A stretch of DNA of 64,000 nt from Centroscyllium fabricii (Eukaryota), in assembly GCA_051313645.2 (NCBI GenBank), contig JBNRSN020000019.1, forward strand, positions 35,340,001 through 35,404,000. The letters run 5' to 3'. Below, piece after piece: positions 34,236 through 45,796 of the stretch. The position numbers and the translations under genes are program-made. Positions within the stretch are counted from its first letter, which is position 1, and each line of letters opens with the position of its first letter. The notes beneath the pieces were generated by a model. It made no database searches and was not told where the DNA came from. It was given only the letters and a program-made list of their open reading frames with translations.

Positions 34236-35775
34236 GGGGGAGAATTTCATCTCGCCGTCAGGCAGGGTTTTGGGTGGCCGTGAGCTGAAAATCTCAAAAT
34301 TTTGGTTCCCGCCCAAGGCCGCCGATTCCCCGCCGGTTTTGGATTTTCAGGCAGCCTGTTTCCCCGCCCCGAATCTTTCCTGCCGGCGGCCGGCGGGGAT
34401 GGCTGTTAAGGTCATTAAGGGCCCTTAATTGCCATCTGTAATGCCATTTTAAGGCCCCTTAGCAATTTTCAGCTGTTTCCCACCCAAACGCCGCCAAGCT
34501 AAACCCTGTTCAGTGAAACCTAGCGAGAACACACTCGGATTGCTGAGTATCTGTGGCAGGTCCCTCATTGAAGGCTCACATTTAATCAGCCATCATTGGG
34601 ATTCACAACCACATTGTTGTCTCAGTCCTGGGGATACTTGCAACAGGCTTCAGCACACCTGTGGATGGTTGCATCCTCGAACACTTCTGCAGTGTGACCT
34701 GGGAAAGCCCTCTGACTTCCCTCCCCCCCTCAGTCAGTGCTTCCTCAGCCAAGGCTGCCAGCACAGCCATGGGAGGCATTTTCTTCCTTCCCTTCTTGGC
34801 ATTAGATGATCTCCAGCAGGAGCAGTTGTGATGACAGCAGCAGCAGCAACAGCAGCAGCCACAGCAGGAGTCACATCAGCAGCAGCAGCCACACCAGGAG
34901 CCAAGCACTCCTGCGGACCCTCCGGAGGCAGCACGGGCCAGAAGGCATCAGCGCATCGAAGGCCGTTGCTGTAGAAGATACCCCCCAAACAGGGTCTACA
35001 GAATCAGGGCCACCTACCTCAACATGAGTGAGCGGCGGTGCCAAAGGCGGCTCCAACTTTCCCGAGAGGCAGTCACAGACATCTGCGCCATGCTGCAGCA
35101 AGAGCTGGAGCCCAGCACACCAGGTAGACATGCCTTACCAGTGGCCCTTAATGTCACCACGGCACTCAACCTTTTTGCCTCGAGCTCATTCCAGGGATCA
35201 TCAGCAGACACCAGCGGAATCTCCCAGTCGGCCGCACACACTTGCATCATGCAGGTAACCGATGCCCTCGCCCACAATTTCATCCATTTCACCAGGGATC
35301 ACGCAAGTGTGAGGGGGCGAGCGATTGGAATAGCTCATCTGGCAGGCTACCCAAGGGTGCAGGGCATCATTGACTGCACACATGTGGCCCTTAGGGCACC
35401 CACTGACAACCCAGTTGCTTTTGTCAACCGCAAGGGCTTCCATTCGCTCAATGTTCAACTGGTGTGTGACCACAACAAGGAGAATTTGCATGTGTGTACC
35501 AGGTACCCTGGCAGTTGCCATGAATCCTTGCCTGCGCTCTTCACACCGCTAGACAAAATTCCGGGATGGCACTTGGAGACAAAGGCTATCCCCTCATGAC
35601 TTGGCTCATGACGCCGGTCAGGAGGCCAGCCAATGAGGCTGAGGTGAACTACAACTCCAGACACATCTCCACCAGATGCATTATAGAGCACACCATCGGC
35701 TTGCTCAAGATGCATTTCAGATGCTTGGACAGATCAGGTGGAGTTCTGCAATACTCCCCAGCCAGGGTCTCCAAA
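34236..35775 (+). mobile_element. Second Harbinger element: left end and decayed transposase (~34770-35775)
   Basis: GGGGGAGAATTT terminus; [47 protein letters not shown]. Confidence 0.9.
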
Positions 35776-36933
35776 ATTCAAGATTCAAGATTCAAGATTC
35801 AAGATAATTTTATTGCCATGTGTAACTCGTACAATGGAATGCTTACTCCCCATTCACTCCCACAATTATAAATGTAGAAAAGCAAAAAGTAAAAAGTGAA
35901 GAAAAAAACAAGTATAAATAGAGAAAAAATAATAATCAAATAAACAAATAAGTAACGAGTGCAGTTAGCAGTTCAGTAGGCGCACTGCCTGTGGGTAGAA
36001 ACTGTTTTTGAACCTGCTGGTCCTGGTTCGGATGCTGCAGTACCGACGGCCGGACCACAGGAGGGAGAACAGATCGTGCCCAGGGTGATTGGGGTCCTTG
36101 ATGATGGAGCGGGCTTTGTTCCGACATCTGGTCTGGAAGATCTCCTCGATGGATGGAAGTGCACACCCGATAATTTTTTCTGCCGTCCTCACGACCCTCT
36201 GAATGGCTTTCCTGTCCTGAGCAGTGGTGTTGCCATACCACACAGTGACGCCACCCGACAAGACGCTCTCTATGGTGCCGTGGTAAAAGTTCACAAGCCA
36301 TTGTGTGCTTATGCCGCATTTCCTCAGGCACCGTAGAGGGTAGAGGCGCTGGTGTGCCTTCTTCAGCATTGCCTCGGTGTTATCGTTCCAAGTCAGATCG
36401 TCAGAGATCTGCAGACCTAGCAATCGGAAGCAGCTGACTATTTCTACCGGTGTCCCACCTATGATAATTGGTCGATGGTTCTCTTGATGGCATCTGAAGT
36501 CCACGATGAGTTCCTTAGTCTTGCTGACGTTCAGGGCAAGGTTGGTATCATTACACCATCTCATCAGCTGAACTATCTCATCCCTGTACTCCGTCTCATC
36601 CTCGTTGCTAATCAGGGCAATTACCGTGGTGTCATCGGCAAACTTTATTATCCGGTTGTTGCTGTCGGGCTGTACAATCGTTTGTAAACAGAGAGTACGA
36701 CCGAGGACTGAGGCAGCAGCCTTGTGGCGCTCCGGTATTGAGGACCAGTGTGGATGAGGTGTTGTTCCCTATTTTCACCACTTGAGGCCTACCAGTCAGG
36801 AAGTCCAGAATCCAGTTGCCAATGATGGTGCCCAGACCTAGGACCTTCAGTTTCAGGATTAGCTTGGAGGGAACAATGGTGTTAAATGCAGAGCTGTAGT
36901 CAATGAACAACATTCTGACATAGGTCTCCCTTC
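35776..36933 (-). mobile_element. Rex1/Babar LINE 3' fragment, second family
   Basis: [49 protein letters not shown]; (TCTTGAA)n tail. Confidence 0.92.
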
Positions 36934-38844
36934 TATCCCGTTCCAGGTAGAGAGCGATGCGTCTGACTTTGCCCTGGCCGCCACCCTTAACCAGGCGGGC
37001 AGACCTGTGGCCTTCTTCTCGCGCACCCTCCAGGGCCCCGAGACCCGACACTCTTCCGTTGAGAAGGAGGCCCAGGCCATTGTTGAAGCAGTGCGACACT
37101 GGAAGCACTACCTGGCCGGCAAACGATTTACCCTGCTGACTGACCAACGCTCAGTCGCATTCATGTTCAACAACAAAGAGCGGGGTAAAATCAAGAATGA
37201 CAAGATATTGAGGTGGAGATTTGAACTCTCTGCTTTCAATTAGGATATCTTGTACCGGCCCGGGAAATTCAATGAACCCCCAGATGCCCTATCCCGCGGT
37301 ACATGTGCCAGCACACAAGTGGACCGTCTCCAGGCCCTGCACAACGACCTCTGCCACCCGGGGGTCACCAGGTTGGTCCATTTCATTAAGTCCCGCAACC
37401 TCCCCTACTCCATCGAGGAGGTCAAGACCATGACCAGGAACTGCCGGGTCTGTGCAGAGTGCAAGCCGCACTTCTTTCGGCCGGACCGGGCACACCTGAT
37501 CAAGGCCACCCGCCCCTTTGAGCGACTCAGCGTCGATTTTAAAGGGCCCCTCCCCTCCTCTAACCGCAACGCGTACTTTTTAAACGTCATTGACGAGTAC
37601 TCGCGTTTCCCCTTCGCCATCCCCTGCCCGGACATGACCTCCTCCACGGTCATCAGGGCATTGAACAGCATCTTCTCCCTGTTCGGCTACCCCAGCTACA
37701 TCCATAGCGACCGGGGGGCCTCTTTTATGAGTGACGAGCTGCGTCAGTTTCTGCTAGCCAAGGGCATCGCTACCAGCAGGACTACCAGCTATAACCCCCG
37801 GGGGAACGGACAGGTAGAGAGGGAGAACGCCACCGTCTGGAAGGCCATCCTGTTAGCCCTACGGTCTAAAGGCCTCCCAGTCTCCTGCTGGCAGGACGTC
37901 CTCCCCGAAGCGCTCCACTCCATTCGGTCACTTTTATGTCGGGCCACTAATGCCACCCCTCACGAGCGACTTTTTGCCTTCCCCAGGAAGTCGGCTTCAG
38001 GGACCTCGCTGCCGTCATGGCTATCGTCCCCAGGACCCGTCCTGCTCCGGAAGCTCGTGAGGGGCCATAAGTCGGACCCCCTGGTCGAACGGGTCCACCT
38101 CCTGCATGCCAACCCCCAGTACGCCTACGTGGCGTACCCTGACGGGAAGGAGGATACGATGTCCATCAAGGACCTGGCACCCGTGGGTGCCCCCGAGACC
38201 AGTACGACCCATCAGCCCGCAATCCCCCCCCTGCCTACCGCCACCTTTGGGGCACCAGCACCACGGTATGTCATACCCCCCGAGGCACCAGCACCACGGT
38301 ACGCCCACCCAGCACCTGCAGGCAGCACGGTATGGCCCCCTAACCTACGCACCCGCCAGCCGGATGACGAATGGGAGAGCGCGCCACTGATTATTACCGC
38401 AAGGGGCCCCGCGTCGGATCAAACGCTCTCGCCGACCCCGCCGCCGCCGACTCCACCGCCAGCGGTGCGCCGCTCGACAAGGCAGACCAGGCCGCCTGAC
38501 AGACTTAACATTTAATGATTGCATTGCATTCGCCCCGCTGGACTTTATTTTTTAACAAGGGGTGAATTTGGTAAACCACTATGTATATATTTGTATTATA
38601 TCCATGGCCTGTAACATTGTGTAACATTGTGTATATAGTTCTCTGTGTACTGCTTGTCTGGGCATGCCCGTGCTGACCCCGCCTGTGACTCCTCCTCCCA
38701 GGACAGGTATAAAGGTGACTGTCTCCCTCCCCCCCATTCATTCCGGGAGCAGTCGACTAGCTGGGGCATGCCCAAGCTTTAGCGAATAAAAGCCTTTTAT
38801 TCACCGCATAACTTCTCGTCTCCGAGGTTATTGATAAGGTATCA
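36934..38844 (+). mobile_element. 5'-truncated Gypsy (family D-like): RNase H, integrase, PPT and 3' LTR 38567-38844
   Basis: [11 protein letters not shown], integrase ORF 37250-38515; LTR similar to 9196-9469 reversed. Confidence 0.93.
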
Positions 38845-38906
38845 GGCAGTTTTCCACATTGTCGGATAGATGCCAGTGTTGTAGCTGTACTGGAACAGCT
38901 TGGCTA

Positions 38907-40087
38907 AACATAGAAACATAGAAAATAGGAGCAGGAGTAGGCCATTCGGCCCTTTGAGCCTGCTCCGCCATTCAATTAGATCATAACTGATCTTTCAGAT
39001 TCAGTACCCTGTCCCTGCCTTCTCCCCATATCCCTTGATCCCTTCAGCCTGAAGAAATATATCCAACTCCTTCTTGAATATATTTAATGAACCAGCCTCC
39101 ACCGCCCTCTGTGGCAGAGAATTCCACAGGTTCGCCACTCTCTGGGTGAAGAAATTCCCCCTCATCTCAGTCCTAAATGGCTTTCCCCTTATCCTTAGAC
39201 TATGGCCCCTGGTTTTGGACTCCCCGACCATCGGGAACATCATTCCTGCCTCCAGTCTGTCCAGGCCTGACAGAATTTTATAGGTTTTGATGAGATCCCC
39301 TTTCAATCGTCTGAACTCCAGTGAGTATAGACCCAATCGACTCAATCTCTCCCCATACGTCATTCCTGCCATCCCAGGTACCAGCCTGGTGAATCTTCGC
39401 TGCACTCCTTCAATGGCAAGAACGTCCTTCCTCAGATGAGGCGACCAAAACTGCACACAATACTCGAGGTGTGGTCTCACCAAGGTCCTGTAGAGCTGCA
39501 GCAAGACATCCTTGTTCTTATATTCAAACCCTCTTGCTACGAAGGCCAACATACCATTTGCCTTCTTACCCGCCTGTTGCACCTGCATGCTTACCTCCAG
39601 TGACTGGTGCACAAGAACACCCAGGTCTCTTTGCACTTCCCCATCTCCCAATTTATTGCCATTCAAATAATAATCTGCCCTCCTGTTTTTGCCACCAAAG
39701 TGGATAACCTCACATTTATCCACATTATAGTGCATTTGCCATATATCTGCCCAATCCCCCAACCTGTCCAAATCGTACTGGAGTTTCACGACATCCTCCT
39801 CACAGCATACCTTCCCAACCAGCTTTGTGTTGTCTGCAAATTTGGAGATATTGCATCCAATTCCCTTGTCCAGATCATTAATATATATTGCGAACAGCTG
39901 GGGTCCTAGGACCGATCCTTGCGGTACCCCACTAGTCACTGCCTGCCACTCGGTAAACGACCCGTTTATTCCAACTCTCTGTTTTCTATCTGCCAACCAG
40001 TTCTCTACAAGTCAATACCTTGCCCCAATCCCATGAGCCTTAATTTTGTAAATCCATGTTGACTCTGTCCGATCCCGTCACTGTTTT
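38907..40087 (-). mobile_element. HER1-type CR1 LINE 3' fragment nested in an older CR1-group LINE
   Basis: ORF 39001-39996 GVPQGSVLGP, KFADNTK, RPHLEYCVQFWSP; (TTTCTATG)n tail shared with HE1. Confidence 0.92.
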
Positions 40088-40655
40088 TAAAGGCGTGGCT
40101 AGTTCTGGAGCACAAGTCTTCAGCATAATAGCCAGGATGTTGTCGGGGCCCATAGCCTTTTTTGTATCCAATGCACTCAGCCGTTTCTTGATATGACGTG
40201 GAGTGATTCGAATTGGCTGAAGACTGGCTTCTGTGATGATGGGGAACTCAGGAGTAGGCCGATATGGATCATCCATTCGGTACTTCTGGCTGAAGATGGT
40301 TGCAAATGCTTCAGCCTTGTCTTTTGCACTCACGTGCTGGGCTCTACCATCATTGAGAATGGGGATATTCATGGAGCCTCCTCCTCCCGTTAGTTCTTTA
40401 ATGGTCCACCACTATTCACGACTGATGTAGTAGGACTGCAGAGCTTTGATCGTTGATTGTGGGATTGCTTAGCCCTGTCTATAGCATGCTGCTTCCACTT
40501 ATTAGCATGCATGTGGTACTGTGTTGCAGCTTCCCCAGGTTGGCACCTCATTTTTAGGTACGCCTGGTGCTGCTCCTGGCATGCTCTTCTACACTCCTTA
40601 TTGAACCAGGGTTGGTCCCCTGGCTTGATGGTAACGGTCGAGTGAGGGATATGCC
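40088..40655 (-). mobile_element. CR1-group LINE internal fragment (continues at 38845-38906)
   Basis: KDKAEAFATIFSQK..KAMGPDNI..LKTCAPELATPL. Confidence 0.8.
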
Positions 40656-43600
40656 AGACATATTACATTAATACCAGATTGATATCATTTGGTGAATTGT
40701 ACCCAGCTGATTTATATTACTCATGGATGCACTCAGACATCTTTTCTTGAACGTCTTTGTATTGATTCCAATTCACCTAAGAAAATTATTTTAAAAAACC
40801 CCGATTTGATGGTGTAATTTTCCTGTTTCTATCTTATGTCTGAAATGACTTCCACTCATTCAATTTTACACAGTCATTACCATTTCAACTCATTCATAAG
40901 CCCTGGAGGAACTTTACTTTCCAATATAATATTATTGATGTAAAACATAGATTAAATGTTCCTTTCCAAGTTATTAACACATTTTGTTTGTTTATTTTAA
41001 TTAACTGAAGCTCTTCTTAGACCTTTTATTTCCCAAAATATTGTGCTTGAGTTGATTTTATCTTTTCAAAATCCAAAGAACAGTATTGCTGGACTGACAG
41101 GATTTGTCAATGTTCAATTTTATTTCCCCCCAAAACTTTCTTCCTTGACACACAGCATTGGGCGTGAACCACCACGACTTCCCTCCTCTCTTTTCTATGA
41201 ATGAAAATGTGACTATGTAGGAATTGCCGAATTCCTACGAAAAAACGGAGATCCACACAGGAGCACAATCAACTGGTCTTTACTTCAAGAAAAAGCTGCA
41301 GTGGCTGTCTGGGCAGCCCCGTGGTTTGCGACGTGACGTCATCACGTTTGCCCGCGTTTTCCCACACTCTTAAAGGGGCCACGCCCCGGACATACAAACA
41401 CTATATACAAAACACAGTAATGCCTAACACAATGGTACAGGTTTAGGCTGGTGTTAGAACATCGTTAAAGGGAATTATATACAGTTAGCCAGAGTCATTC
41501 AGTGGTCCTGCCACATGTGCTCCCCCAGAATTCGCTTTAATGGACAAAGTCAAATGGTGAGGGGCGTCTGATGAGCCTGTCAGAACGACTCCTGTACTCT
41601 CGAGGCGGAGGCTGCTGGACAGCTGGCGGTCTGGCGGGCGGTCGCACTTGGTCTGCCGTAACGACGATGGGCAGCCGATCCCGCCTCGGTGGTTGTGCTG
41701 TCTCGACGGGGCGGTCGGGGTCTAAATGTGCTGGCTTTAAGCGGTCGACCGAGATGTGGTCCAGTTTAACACCGACGTCGACGGTGAAGGTTTTGTCCCC
41801 TCCTTCCAAAACGTAGAAGGGTCTGGTGTATGGGGCCTTGAGCGGATACCTATATGCGTCATGGTGAATAAAAACATATTCCGCCTTGTGAAGCTCCGTG
41901 GTAATGTCTGACTTCTGAAGCCCGTGGTGTGAATCGAGCACCGGTGCAAAACATCTGCCCGCCTCTTGGTGACTAGCAAGCTGGGCAGATGCAGACCATG
42001 GCTCCATCGATGTTAGCAGGAAGTCCCCCGGAACTTGCAGTGGCTGACCATACACAAGCTCCGCTGATGAAGAGTGAAGGTCTTCTTTGGGGGCCATGCA
42101 AAGGCCCAACAGGATCCACGGTAGCTTGTCTACCCATCCAGCATCCTGGCCCTCAGGGCGGCTTTCATTGACCAGTGGAAACGTTCGCAGAGGTCATTCG
42201 CCTGTGGGTGGTAGGCTGCGGTGTGGTGCAATTTGACACCGAGTCCTTGGGCCACTGCTTTCCAGAGTTCAGAGGAAAACTGCGGTCCCCTGTCGGACGA
42301 AATATCTGCGGGCACTCCGAAACGGGCGATCCAGGAGGAAAGAAATGCCCTGGCCTGTCGGCCAAAGTTGTGGATGACAGGGGAACCGCCTCCGGCCATC
42401 TGGTGGTGCGGTCAACCATGGTCAGGATGTGTGAAAAATCATGGGAGGGTGGGAGTGGTCCTACCAGGTCCACATTGACATGGTCAAAACGTTGCTCCAG
42501 AACTGTGAAGGTGGCCAACGGTGCTTTGATGTGATGCTGAACCTTGGCCCTTTGGCAGACCACGCAGGTGTTGGCCCAGTCGCGGACATCTTTGTGTATG
42601 CCATGTGTGGTAACCCTTTTATGTCTGTTCTACCACTGTACCATTATGGCTAATAATGGGCTGTGCAGATGTTAGGCACAGCCCTGTATACTGTGACACT
42701 GTTGGGAGCCAGGTCAGCCACACCTCCAACTCCTCCCCCAGGTGAGGCCCGTTATAGGTGAGATCTGACTGAGGCTCCTTCATTCCTGTACTGAAGTTCG
42801 TTCCGGAGGGTAGCTCCATTCTTAGCAATTAAAAGCCTTTAGTTTTGGTAACTACTCGTCGACTCTTTTAATCGAAGGTATTGACGATACGTCAATTTTA
42901 ATTGCTAATTATTTTTTAAATGGAGAGCAGCGCAGTTAAACCTGAGAAGCTGGACATCAGTCCCCAGGACCCTGCCGCTGCCGCCACGTACGAACACTGG
43001 TTCGGCCTCCTGGAGGCCGACATGGACGCCGCCAAGGCTACAACGGACAGGAACAAGCTGCATGTCCTACGATCGAGGATCTCCAGCAGGGTATTCACCC
43101 TCATCAGGAACGCCTCATCCTACGTAGCGGCTGTACAAATTCTGAAAAAATGTTACGAGCGCCCGGTCCATTCTGTCTACGCCCGACATGTGCTTGCGAC
43201 CAGATCTCAGCTACTGGGTGAGTCCAATGAGGAGTTCGAGCAAGCGCTCCTGGCCTTGGTGCGAGTCTGTGGCTGCCAAGTCAGAACAGCTGAAGAGGAG
43301 GCAGAACTCCTCGTTCGGGACGCCTATGTTACAGGACTGAGGTGTGTGGAAGCCCGCCAGCGGCTACTAGAGAAAGACGATTTATCCCTCGAGGAGGCGA
43401 CTAAGATAGCCAAATCAGTAGAGGGGGCCCGAAGCAAGTTACAGGCATACAGCGGCACTAACCCGCAAGCCTACAACATATGGGCCGCGCCACAACAGGC
43501 CCAGGCCTGGGCGCAACGGTCCGAGGCCCCCACGATGGCCGCGGCGGCCACTAAAGACACTAAAGACAAGCGCTGCTACTTCTGCAGCCAGGGACTGCAC

Positions 43601-44671
43601 CCAAGAGCGAAATGCCCAGCCAGGACAGCGACCTGCGAGAAATGTGCGAAGAAGGGACACTACGCTAAGGCCTGCAGATCAGCTCCAGCAGCGCCCAACT
43701 CAAGGTACAACAGTGCAGCCTGTGAGAGCACCGACAGACACCAAGTAAGCTGCAATAGCAGTGCGATCCAGCGACGGTACGGGGGTAGACAACAAGCGCC
43801 CCCAACCCCCACCCCGATGTGGAAAAGGCCGGCCAAGCGCGACCCCCCAACGCGGCCGGCTGCGTGCGAATCACGGGCACCGCCAACTCGACCAGCGCGG
43901 CCCGCTGCGTGCAAATCACGGGCACCGCCAACCCGACCACCGCGGTCCGCTGCGTGCGAATCACGGGCGCCGCCAGCGCGTCCACAGGGCCCCACCATGT
44001 GCGTCCCCTCGGAAACGCCATTTTGTACTCAGGGCCCCTCCATGTGCGAGCCAGGGGCGACGCCATCTTGTATCCAGGGCCCCCCTATGTGCGAGCCAGG
44101 GGCGCCGCCATCTTGTATCCAGGGCCCCACCATGTGCGAGCCAGGGCCGCCGCCATCTTGTGCGCAGCCCCGATCAGCAGGGGCTGCGGCAACCAGAATC
44201 AGAGTTAGCCAGGGCAGGCCCCATACCCTGTCTAACTCCATAATGCCGATTAACATTAATAACTACACTGTCGACTGCCTTTTCGACACAGGCAGCACTG
44301 AGAGTTTCGTTCACCCTGATACAGTGCGGCGCTGCGGGCTGCAGGTCCTGCCCACCAACTACCAAGTCTCCCTAGCTTCACAGTCCCACACCGCGGATGT
44401 CACCGGCTACTGCTCCGTCACGCTCACCGTCAAGGGGCGCGTGTACCGTAATTTTAAATTGTATACCCTCCAACAGTTGTGTGCCCCAGCCTTACTAGGT
44501 TTGGATTTCCAGTGCCACTTCAGGAGTGTGACAATGGAGTTCGGCGGGACCTTACCCCCCCTCACCGTCAGTAGCCGGGACAATCTCCTCCCAAAGCGGA
44601 GCCCGGCCTGCGGCCTCTCCACCCTGAAAATCGACCCCCCCTCGCTGTTCGCCAACCTCGATCCGAAGTGC

Positions 44672-45796
44672 GGCGCGCATGGACGCAGCGGCCTTGCGTC
44701 TCCCGAGGAAATGATGTCCGCTGGTCCCCGTACTGGTTCTGAGCGTGGCCCGAGCCCGAGCCGGTAACATCAAGGCTGTTGGGGCTGGAGCCTGCGTGGC
44801 CCGAGCATTGGGGCTGGAGCGTCGGCCCGTCGGGCCCTGAGCATCGGGGCTGGAGCGTCGGGCCGTCGGGCCCTGAGCATCGGGGCTGGAGCGTCGGCCC
44901 GTCGGGCCCTGAGCATCGGGGCTGGAGCGTCGGCCCGTCGGGCCTTGAGCATCGGGGCTGGGGCGTCGGCCCGTCGGGCCCTGAGCATCGGGGCTGGGGC
45001 GTCGGCCCGTCGGGCCCTGAGCATCGGGGCTGGGGCGTCGGCCCGTCGGGCCCTGAGCATCGGGGCTGGGGCGTCGGCCCGTCGGGCCCTGAGCATCGGG
45101 GCTGGAGCGTCGGCCCGTCGGGCCCTGAGCATCGGGGCTGGGGCGTCGGCCCGTCGGGCCTTGAGCATCGGGGCTGGAGCGTCGGCCCGTCGGGGGGGCC
45201 ATTATGGACCAGACTGGGACTTGCAGGAGAGGACATTTTGATGTCTGTTATTTCTTTGGGGGATTCCGGAGAAAGATGGCGGCGCGTGTACACGCAGCGG
45301 CTTTGCGTCTCCGGAGGTAACGCTGTCCGCTGCAGTTCTGGGTCTGTTCGCTCGGAGAGGACGGCATGGTCGGCGAGGTGGTGTACCGGGGTCGGCGCGG
45401 CGGAGTTGTCGGAGCACCGGGGTGTCTGCGGTCGGAGTATCGGGGCGCACTGAGGCCAGCATGGTCGGAGCGCCGAGGCCGGAGGCCTTGAGGACTGAGT
45501 GTTGTAGCCGGAGCCTGAGCCTGCGAGGTCGCTGAAGTCGGGGCGCCTGGCCCTGTGTGGGTGGAGTGCCGGGGCCTTGGTCGCCGAGGTCGGAGCGCCG
45601 GAGCCTGCGTGGTTGTGACGCCGGAGGTCGGCGAGTTCGTATTGCCCGGGCCTGTATGGTTGGAACACCGGGACTGACAGACTGGGACTTCAGTAGAGGA
45701 CATTTAACATCAGCGTTAACATTTGCAAAACTACATTTCGTTGTATGGTAAAAAATAGCTGTACAATGACAAATAAATTGAAATTGAATTGAATTG
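44672..45796 (+). mobile_element. Non-coding dimeric retroposon with 36-bp VNTR and Rex1-like 3' tail
   Basis: Absent from copy A1; ends TTCGTTGTA..ACAATGACAAATAAATTGAAATTGAATTGAATTG. Confidence 0.8.
44800..45195. repeat. 36-bp GC-rich minisatellite, 11 copies
   Basis: Unit CCTGAGCATCGGGGCTGG(A/G)GCGTCGGCCCGTCGGGC. Confidence 0.96.

Noticed and set aside
36632-37147. Novel 171-aa fusion protein
   Set aside because: Antisense Gypsy sequence running by chance into Rex1 RT across a breakpoint.
44800-45195. 36-bp repeats resembling a CRISPR array, or a repetitive protein ORF
   Set aside because: Units are head-to-tail with no spacers, no cas genes are present and the context is eukaryotic; ORFs in several frames arise from the stop-poor GC-rich unit.
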